Assembly: GCA_965230955.1 (NCBI GenBank)
Contig: OZ246404.1
Coordinates: 685,426-749,425 of the forward strand
Length of the DNA: 64,000 bases
DNA from: an uncultured Candidatus Saccharibacteria bacterium
Lineage (GTDB): Bacteria > Patescibacteriota > CALEFQ01
Direction of reading: 5' to 3'
The position numbers and the translations under genes were made by a program. Under the pieces are notes generated by a model. The model saw only the letters and a program-made list of their open reading frames with translations, did not search any database and was not told the DNA's origin. This document shows, piece by piece, positions 57,107 through 64,000 of this stretch (the stretch's first letter is position 1; each line of letters starts with the position of its first letter).

Positions 57107-57565
57107 ATGAAATCAGAAGACAGAGTAAACGTATTCATAAAAATCTATGGGTTCCCCAGCGGCTCGCGCTGGATCGGCAATGAGACAGTAACGGTGAAAA
57201 TCGATCCGACAGAAAAGAAGGTGGTCGGCTCAGAAGGAGGAATTATCAATCCCTTGTTGCCCAAGAATATTCTGGATCTTTGGACTAACGTTTGGCAATC
57301 TCAAGCCGGACAATTTCGGAGCGCATACGCCATCATGAATTCCGAGGTTCAAGTTGGCCCAATTATCTCAAGTCCAATTGTTTTGAGCTCCCATCCGGTG
57401 ATTGAAATTCATTTCCTGCACTTCCCCGATCCCAACAGCCAAAGAGTAATTCGACCAGCGGTGTCCGAGTTTAAAAAAAGGGTCTGGCAACTGTTTCGGC
57501 TGGCCAGAGAAAAAGTCTCCGACCTGGATATTATCGACCCGATTTTTATCGAGTACGAGCACTGA
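57107..57565 (+). CDS. Hypothetical protein
   Basis: AAGGAGG RBS before ATG 57107; own promoter and terminator; no recognisable domain. Confidence 0.65.
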   Translation: MKSEDRVNVFIKIYGFPSGSRWIGNETVTVKIDPTEKKVVGSEGGIINPLLPKNILDLWTNVWQSQAGQFRSAYAIMNSEVQVGPIISSPIVLSSHPVIEIHFLHFPDPNSQRVIRPAVSEFKKRVWQLFRLAREKVSDLDIIDPIFIEYEH

Positions 57566-57571
57566 CAAACG

Positions 57572-57601
57572 AAAACCGGTCCGCTCAGGCGCACCGGTTT
57601 T
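57572..57601. terminator. Bidirectional terminator
   Basis: AAAACCGGT...ACCGGTTTT between convergent genes. Confidence 0.65.
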
Positions 57602-57612
57602 ATATTATCTAC

Positions 57613-59061
57613 TTATTTTCCCTTGGGCTCAGGCGCTGAGATGTCCGCTGGTTTTTCGGCATTCTTTTCATTTTCTTTTTCCAACAAACGACGCCTCATA
57701 TATTTTATCATTTGCTCCTGTGAAATCACTTCTTGCACCCCGGTCGCCATATCACGCATGATCATTGTACCGTCCACGGCCTCTTTTTGCCCTAAGATCA
57801 AGGTGAAGAGGACTTGTTTCTTTTCCGCCTGCTTCAATTGCGATTTGAGACTATCGCGACCCAACGATTCAATCACATCAATTCCCGCCGCAAACAAGTC
57901 TTCGAAAATTTTGAAGCTCTGTTTTTTGGCTTTCTCGCCCAATTGAGCCAAGAAGACTCTCGGCGCCGGAGCGATCGGAGCTTTGATATTTTGCTTTTTC
58001 ATTTCCTCAATCACCCGCTCAATTCCCAACGCCACACCCACCGCCGGGGTCGGCTGTCCGCCCATTAACTCCACCAAGCCATCGTAACGGCCGCCGCCGC
58101 CCAGGGAAGACTGAGCCAGTTCGCCACCTTTCATTTCCGGCCAAATTTCAAAAACTGTCCGGCGATAATAATCCAAACCGCGTACCAAACGCGAATTCAA
58201 ATTATAAGGTATGTCCAGCTCATCGAGCATTTCCAAAACCAATTTGAAATGGTCGTGGCAAGCTTCGCACAAATTATCAAACATCTGCGGAGCGTTTTGC
58301 GCTATTCTTTGACACTTTTCTTCTTTGCAATCAAGCAACCGCAAAGGATTGCGCTTGATCCGCTTTTTGCAATCGGCACAGAGTTTATTGACGTGCGGCC
58401 GGTAATAATCCAATAACGTCTGGCGATAAATCGGCCGACAATCCGGACAGCCGATACTGTTAATTTGCACGGTGAGACCTTTCAGGCCCAAACGCTCTAA
58501 AATGCGCCAGGTCAATTGAATCACCTGGACGTCTAATGCCGGCTTAGAACCGCCGAAAATTTCAAAATCCAGCTGGTAAAACTGACGAAAGCGGCCGGCC
58601 TGGGGACGTTCGGCTCGAAACAGGGGTCCATAGGCGTAAATTTTCACCGGCTGGGGACGTGAATTCATGCCGTCCTCAATATAAGCGCGCACCAATCCGG
58701 CCGTAAATTCCGGACGCAGGGCTAATTTTTCTCCGCCACCGCGATCCTTGAGCGCGAACATTTCCTTTTCCACGATATCGGTACTCTCGCCGATCGCACG
58801 GGCAAACAGATTGATATTTTCAGCCACCGGAACATCCATATGGTCAAACTCGTGTGATTTAAGAACTGATTCCGATGTTCGCAAAACAAAATCCTGGTAC
58901 TGCCAATCTTCCGGCAGTACATCGTGCATCCCACGCGGACGTTGCAGACGATCCTTGCGTCGTAACGGAGCCGCTTTCAGCTCCAAGACCGATTGCTTGC
59001 TCTGATCAGGCTCTTCCTTACGCGGCGGTTTAGGACGCGCCGCAATTTTCTTTTTTACCAT
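57613..59061 (-). CDS. hisS: Histidine--tRNA ligase
   Basis: PRGM.D, LRPEFTA, FRAERPQ.GR.RQF.Q, VRGLDYY, GGGRYD. Confidence 0.98.
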   Translation of the reverse strand: MVKKKIAARPKPPRKEEPDQSKQSVLELKAAPLRRKDRLQRPRGMHDVLPEDWQYQDFVLRTSESVLKSHEFDHMDVPVAENINLFARAIGESTDIVEKEMFALKDRGGGEKLALRPEFTAGLVRAYIEDGMNSRPQPVKIYAYGPLFRAERPQAGRFRQFYQLDFEIFGGSKPALDVQVIQLTWRILERLGLKGLTVQINSIGCPDCRPIYRQTLLDYYRPHVNKLCADCKKRIKRNPLRLLDCKEEKCQRIAQNAPQMFDNLCEACHDHFKLVLEMLDELDIPYNLNSRLVRGLDYYRRTVFEIWPEMKGGELAQSSLGGGGRYDGLVELMGGQPTPAVGVALGIERVIEEMKKQNIKAPIAPAPRVFLAQLGEKAKKQSFKIFEDLFAAGIDVIESLGRDSLKSQLKQAEKKQVLFTLILGQKEAVDGTMIMRDMATGVQEVISQEQMIKYMRRRLLEKENEKNAEKPADISAPEPKGK

Positions 59062-59111
59062 ATAACCTCAATTCCCCTCAGGCCATAGGAGTCCATGAAG
59101 GAAAGATTATT

Positions 59112-59702
59112 TTAATAATGAGTATCTGGAATCAAACCAAAATCCGGAAAAACTCGAAGCAAAACCTTGCCGATAATCATGTCACGGGGCAATTCTCCCC
59201 AACTGCGCGAATCCGAACTGGCATTGCGATTATCGCCCATGACAAAATAATTACCCGGATCGACTTCAAATTCTTTATTGCCCGGAGTGCGTTCGTGCGG
59301 TTTCAGATATGGGGATTCATCCAGCGCGAAACAATCGGGGTGATCGCTATTACAAATCCAAACTTCGCCGTTTTGAATTTTGACTGTTTCACCCGGCAGA
59401 CCGATCACGCGCTTGATATAATACTCGCGAGGATTTCCGGGATAACGGAAAACAATCACATCTCCGCGTTCGATTTCATGGAAGCGATAACTGATTTCAT
59501 CCACCACTAAGTAATTACCGTCAGAGAAATTTTGCTCCATACTAGCTCCTTTTACCTGAAAAGGCTGAACCAGGAAATAGCGTACCGGAATAATGATCAT
59601 GGCCGCAATCAAAACGACTTTGACCAATTCCCAAAAGAAAGAACCGCCTGATTGCTTAGGCTCTTTGGTCTCCACGCCTAACTTGTCGGTTTCATCAACC
59701 AT
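59112..59702 (-). CDS. lepB: Signal peptidase I
   Basis: V.G.SM, YIKRVIGLPGE, GDNR..S.DSR.WG. Confidence 0.96.
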   Translation of the reverse strand: MVDETDKLGVETKEPKQSGGSFFWELVKVVLIAAMIIIPVRYFLVQPFQVKGASMEQNFSDGNYLVVDEISYRFHEIERGDVIVFRYPGNPREYYIKRVIGLPGETVKIQNGEVWICNSDHPDCFALDESPYLKPHERTPGNKEFEVDPGNYFVMGDNRNASSDSRSWGELPRDMIIGKVLLRVFPDFGLIPDTHY

Positions 59703-59789
59703 ATCAATAATATTAACATTCTAGATAATAACATATCGCCGTGGTCATGGCAAGAGCGAGAAATGGGGAAATCCAGGCAAATTTAACAT

Positions 59790-59819
59790 TTGACGCAACC
59801 GGGCAAAATCATTTATAAT
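59790..59819 (+). promoter_or_regulatory. Sigma70-type promoter
   Basis: TTGACG-18 nt-TATAAT. Confidence 0.6.
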
Positions 59820-59866
59820 ACAAGTACTCTCAGACGAACTGATAGTTTTGGTTTTAGTAAAACAAA

Positions 59867-61711
59867 ATGAAGCATCTAGACATTGCTACACGGTCAAGCC
59901 GCGCAGAGCGGATTGATTTAAGGACCTCACGCGTAAAAGAATATTCTACAATTAGAACGCACCACCCCAAGCCGGTGGCGCCTTTTGTTACTCCGGCAAT
60001 TTCACCGGCGACAAAACCCGACCAAACGGCGAAATTGTCTCCCCTGATACCATCGGCACCGAGGAAAAAACAGCCGATCGCCCCCGCCGCCAAACCATCC
60101 TTGTCTGCCAAAAAGACGAAAGAGGTAAAAGACCTCTGGGAAGAGCGCGGATCGGACCATCAAGCCGAGCAAATTTTTTCCAATGAAGAAGTACCCTCCA
60201 AACCCATCCAGATTTTTCCTCAAAAAAAGATAAAGAGCCAAAAGAAATTTGTCCTGGCGATCAAAACCGTTATTTCGGTTTTAATTATTTTCTTACTGAT
60301 AGGCGTCGCCCTGTTTGGACGAGCTTTTTTTACCGGAGCCAATATCTTCAACAACGAGGGTTCTTCACCTTTGGATCAAATTAAGCAACTGGTGCTATCA
60401 AACGATAAACAACTTCAGGGTGAAGCCGATGGCCGAATCAATGTTCTGCTGCTCGGAATGGGCGGGGAAGGCCATGACGGCGCCCTACTGACCGACACAG
60501 TCATGATCCTCAGTATCAAACCAGACACCAAGCAAATGGCCATGATTTCTTTGCCCCGCGACCTCTGGGTCAAATCAGAAAAGTTTGGCTACTCAAAATT
60601 AAACAAAGTAAATTTTTACGGAGAAACGGAAGGCAATAAAGGCGACGGCCCCAAATACACCCGCGATGTGGTCCAAGAAATTACCGGATTGACGATCCCC
60701 TATTACGTGCGCATTGATTTCTCCGGCTTTGAAGATATCGTTAATAGTATTGGCGGTGTTGATGTAAACGTTGAAAACGGTTTTGTCGACAAAGAATATC
60801 CCACTGACGATTACGGTTACCAGACGATAAAATTTGATCGCGGTTTACAGCATCTGGACGGAGAAGCCGCTCTGCAATACGCCCGATCGCGCCATGGAGT
60901 GATAACTGATCACGACCCGGAAAGTCCCGTCAGAGACGAGGCCTCCGATTTCGCCCGATCGCGCCGCCAGCAAAAACTGATTGCCGCCATCAAAGACAAG
61001 GCCCTAACCACTGGTGTCCTCGCCAATCCCCAAAAACTAAACTCTTTATTTGAAGCCTTGGGAAAACACATCAATACTAACGCGCAGATGTGGGAAGGAG
61101 TGCGCCTGTTTGAACTAACTCGAGACTTCCAATTCAATAATGTCAAAATCAACGTCATCTCAAATGAAAAATATCTAAAAGTTTACACTACGCCAGATGG
61201 CGCCTATACCCTGATTCCAGTGGATGGCTTTGGCCAATACGGAAGAATCCAAGAACTGGCTCTGAATACCTTTGATCAAGGCGAAGATCAAAACGGCGCG
61301 AATGAAATCAGCGTGCCGACCGGAGAAGCGCCGCCGGAAGAGCGGACGACAGGATATGACGAGTTGACCCAGGCAGAGCAAACCGCCGCCGAACAAAAGG
61401 AAACCACGGCTACCATCGCCATTCAGAATGGTACAACCACCAACGGGATCGGCGCCAAAGCCGGCAATGAATTGCGTAACAGCGGGTATACGATTGTCGC
61501 CGTCGGCAATGCCGCCGATCAAACCCGCCAGCACACGGTAATCTATGACAACACTAACGGCAAAAAATCACAGCAGCTTCAAGCAATAGCGGCGCAATTC
61601 GAAGCCGATATCATCACCGAAGCCGCCCCAGCCAACAAAGCCGGCGTCAGAGAAAGCGCTGACTTCGTATTGATCTTAGGTGCTGAAAGCGCAGCAAACA
61701 GCAAGATTTAA
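59867..61711 (+). CDS. LCP (LytR-CpsA-Psr) family protein with LytR C-terminal domain
   Basis: TM helix, NVLLLG, TDT, SLPRD, YARSR, DFARSRRQQ, NGT..G.G..LR..GY. Confidence 0.93.
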   Translation: MKHLDIATRSSRAERIDLRTSRVKEYSTIRTHHPKPVAPFVTPAISPATKPDQTAKLSPLIPSAPRKKQPIAPAAKPSLSAKKTKEVKDLWEERGSDHQAEQIFSNEEVPSKPIQIFPQKKIKSQKKFVLAIKTVISVLIIFLLIGVALFGRAFFTGANIFNNEGSSPLDQIKQLVLSNDKQLQGEADGRINVLLLGMGGEGHDGALLTDTVMILSIKPDTKQMAMISLPRDLWVKSEKFGYSKLNKVNFYGETEGNKGDGPKYTRDVVQEITGLTIPYYVRIDFSGFEDIVNSIGGVDVNVENGFVDKEYPTDDYGYQTIKFDRGLQHLDGEAALQYARSRHGVITDHDPESPVRDEASDFARSRRQQKLIAAIKDKALTTGVLANPQKLNSLFEALGKHINTNAQMWEGVRLFELTRDFQFNNVKINVISNEKYLKVYTTPDGAYTLIPVDGFGQYGRIQELALNTFDQGEDQNGANEISVPTGEAPPEERTTGYDELTQAEQTAAEQKETTATIAIQNGTTTNGIGAKAGNELRNSGYTIVAVGNAADQTRQHTVIYDNTNGKKSQQLQAIAAQFEADIITEAAPANKAGVRESADFVLILGAESAANSKI

Positions 61712-61776
61712 GATATAAGATGTAAGAAAGTAAATCGATCTTATATTTTATATCTTAAATCTTATATCTTACATCT
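61708..61776. repeat. Heptamer palindromic element, family D
   Basis: taagatataagatgtaaga ... tcttatatttttatatcttaaatcttatatcttacatct. Confidence 0.75.
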
Positions 61777-61790
61777 TGCTTTTTCACTGT

Positions 61791-62330
61791 ATGCCGATAA
61801 ACATTCCAACAGATACCAAGTTGGTGATCGGTCTGGGAAATCCCGGATCGCGTTTTTCAAATACCCGGCATAATGTCGGCGCCATGGCCGTGGAAAAATT
61901 GGCAGAACACCGAGGCGCCATCAAGAAAACTGATAATCAAGCCGGCGCCACTATTTACGAAGAACCGAATCTACACCTGATGACTCCTCTCTGTTTCATG
62001 AATGAAGCCGGACAGGCGGTAGCTGCCGTGTTAAAAAAACTCGATCTCCGGCCGGCAAATATTCTGGTCATCCATGATGATTTGGACTTACCGCCGGGAG
62101 AAATGAAACTTAAAGAAGGCGGTTCGGCCAGCGGACACAACGGCGTACGTTCAATTATTGCCCATCTGAAAACCGACAAATTTCCCCGGCTGCGCGTCGG
62201 GATCGGACGGCCTTTCCCCCATAAACCAACCACGCCGGAGGAAGAAGCGATCGTCTCGCAATTTGTCCTGGAATCTTTCAACGACACGGAACAGACTCTC
62301 ATAGAAAAATCTCTGGAAGAAATCGCCTAG
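61791..62330 (+). CDS. pth: Peptidyl-tRNA hydrolase
   Basis: GLGNPG, TRHNVG, FMN.AG, HDDLD, GHNG, RLRVGIGRP; start set at ATG 61791. Confidence 0.96.
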   Translation: MPINIPTDTKLVIGLGNPGSRFSNTRHNVGAMAVEKLAEHRGAIKKTDNQAGATIYEEPNLHLMTPLCFMNEAGQAVAAVLKKLDLRPANILVIHDDLDLPPGEMKLKEGGSASGHNGVRSIIAHLKTDKFPRLRVGIGRPFPHKPTTPEEEAIVSQFVLESFNDTEQTLIEKSLEEIA

Positions 62331-62350
62331 ACGGGAAAAATTACAATTAC

Positions 62351-62377
62351 AAAAACAACGCTCTAGGCGTTTTTTTT
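62351..62377. terminator. Terminator after pth (possibly bidirectional)
   Basis: AACGCTCTAGGCGTTTTTTTT. Confidence 0.5.
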
Positions 62378-62379
62378 GT

Positions 62380-62506
62380 AAAAAAACTCCTCCAATGGCA
62401 TTTCGGACGGTCTGGCGGGATCAAGTCGCCTGGGCGGGACAATCGGAGCTGAGCGGCGACAATGTTTATGACGACCGGCAGGATACCGAAAATGGAGGAG
62501 TTAGGT
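62380..62506 (-). ncRNA. Candidate rod-shaped ncRNA
   Basis: AACUCCUCCA/UGGAGGAGUU closing stem, UUUCGG/CCGAAA, GUCGCC/GGCGAC; U-tract after the stem; TTGACG-16-TACGCT promoter at 62513-62540. Confidence 0.5.
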
Positions 62507-62601
62507 AAGTCCAGCGTAGCAGAAAAGATAAAAACGTCAATGATTCACTTTGCTTTTTACTCGGGGCTTGTTAAGATAGCCTTATCCGTAACCAGTCTTT
62601 T

Positions 62602-64000
62602 GTGAGTATTTCGGTTCACCCTCAAGCCGAGCTGACCAAACAGCTTGGCCGGCAATCAAAAGTCCTGCTGTCGGGCATAATCGAAAACGCGAAAGCCCGA
62701 GTAGTCAGCGACTTATTGACCTACCCCCAACTAGACGCCAAGTCTGGAGTTTTTTGGTTTGTCGATGACAAAAAAATGCCGGACAACGCGGCGCGTTTCC
62801 GTTTTTGGAATGCCGAAAAAACCCGGCTGTTCGTTTTCCAAGAAAACGATCTCGACTTGCTGAATCGATTGGCCGCTGAAAACCGAGGTCTCTTTATCCT
62901 GCCGCTCGGTTTGTCTCAGAAATTTTTTCCGCAGTTAAAAGATTATCAAAGACATTGCCTGGCAATACAAAAAGGGACTTCCCTATCATTCACCCAACTG
63001 TCAAAATTTTTAGTCGATGAGGGATATGAACTAGCCGACACGGCGGCGGAGAGGGGCTACTGGGCCAAACGCGGAAATTTAATCGAAGTTTTTCCCGGGA
63101 ACCAAGCCGATCCTCTGCGCTTGGAATTTGACGGCCAGGTCCTGGACCGACTGGAAACTTTTGATCCGCGCACCAAACAAACAAAAAAATCTCTGGCCGC
63201 CGCCAATTTGATACCGGCTCGAATTCCGACCGGACATACGACGCTTTTATCTCTGCTGGCCGCCGACAAGCATTCGATTTTTATCCATGATGATTTAGTC
63301 AGTTGGCCCGCCATTGGCAGCCGCGAAATAATTTTCCAAACCTTTGCCGATGGAAAAATCAAATTTGATTATACCCCCGCCACTTCTTACTACGGCAACC
63401 AACGATTGCTCGCGGCTGATTTGGAAAAATTTTCCCGGAAAAATTACCACACTACGATTTACGCCAAACAGACGGACCAACTGGCCAAATCCCTGGCTCA
63501 CCTGAAAAACATTTCATTTCAAAATGCGACGTTTGATTTCCCCCTGGGGTATATCGACAACCAGAATAAAAAAATCTGGCTCGGACCGCGAGAAATTTTC
63601 GGGATAGAACGCAGTAAATTACGACCGGCGAAAGCCGACCTGGCTTTTTTGAGTTCACTGAAACCAGGAGATTATGTCGTCCATATCGACCACGGTATCG
63701 GCCGTTTTATCGGCATGCAAAAACAGCGGGTGGATGAATGCGAACATGAATATTACCTCCTGGAATACGCCGACGGCGATAAGCTTTACGTACCGGTCGA
63801 ATACGCCGACAAGATCAGCCGCTACCTGGGACAATCCAATCCCATCATCCACCGCCTCCATGGCACCCAATGGCATCAAGTGAAACGTCGAATTCAGGAG
63901 CAAACGCGGGAAATAGCCGGCGAACTTATCAAGATCTACGCCAAGCGCGCCGTCAGCAGCGGACACACCTATCTAAACGACACCGCCGAACAGATCGAGC
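62602..64000 (+). CDS. mfd: Transcription-repair coupling factor Mfd (partial, runs off the window; start approximate)
   Basis: Hand translation gives the UvrB-like segment GY....RGNLIEVFP..RLEFDG..ETFDP and the RID/CarD domain LKPGDYVVHIDHGIGRF...YADGDKLYVPV...ISRY. Confidence 0.92.
   Translation, partial: MSISVHPQAELTKQLGRQSKVLLSGIIENAKARVVSDLLTYPQLDAKSGVFWFVDDKKMPDNAARFRFWNAEKTRLFVFQENDLDLLNRLAAENRGLFILPLGLSQKFFPQLKDYQRHCLAIQKGTSLSFTQLSKFLVDEGYELADTAAERGYWAKRGNLIEVFPGNQADPLRLEFDGQVLDRLETFDPRTKQTKKSLAAANLIPARIPTGHTTLLSLLAADKHSIFIHDDLVSWPAIGSREIIFQTFADGKIKFDYTPATSYYGNQRLLAADLEKFSRKNYHTTIYAKQTDQLAKSLAHLKNISFQNATFDFPLGYIDNQNKKIWLGPREIFGIERSKLRPAKADLAFLSSLKPGDYVVHIDHGIGRFIGMQKQRVDECEHEYYLLEYADGDKLYVPVEYADKISRYLGQSNPIIHRLHGTQWHQVKRRIQEQTREIAGELIKIYAKRAVSSGHTYLNDTAEQIE

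Overview
A core chromosomal segment of a bacterium that looks like a Patescibacteria/CPR member. This is inferred from the missing rpmD/L30 in the spc operon, mostly SD-less core genes and fermentative gene content; standard code 11 fits. Almost everything up to about 59.7 kb is on the minus strand. In window order it holds a partial sugar transferase, RNase P RNA, rnhA and recJ. A large glycolysis-to-acetate cluster follows (galT, tpiA, fba, gap, pgk, eno, gpmI, PfkB kinase, pduL, ackA, porCDAB), then ruvX and map, and the str/S10/spc ribosomal clusters. After these come rpmB, a ferredoxin, adk, a split comEC, nrdR-nrdD-nrdG, ftsAZ, the mtaB-hit-rpsU-yqeY-ybeY-dgkA cluster, hisS, lepB, an LCP protein, pth and a partial mfd. 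The most notable observations are: (1) a class III ribonucleotide reductase whose glycyl-radical domain is a separate 56-aa gene missed by the ORF track; (2) at least seven families of heptamer-periodic, often palindromic, intergenic repeat elements, some invading coding sequence; (3) a small accessory island between secY and map with a ~125-bp direct repeat and a DGR-target-like gene; (4) two promoter- and terminator-bounded rod-like ncRNA candidates; (5) an extended SD on rpsU among SD-less ribosomal genes. All calls come from motif recognition by eye, with no database searches.
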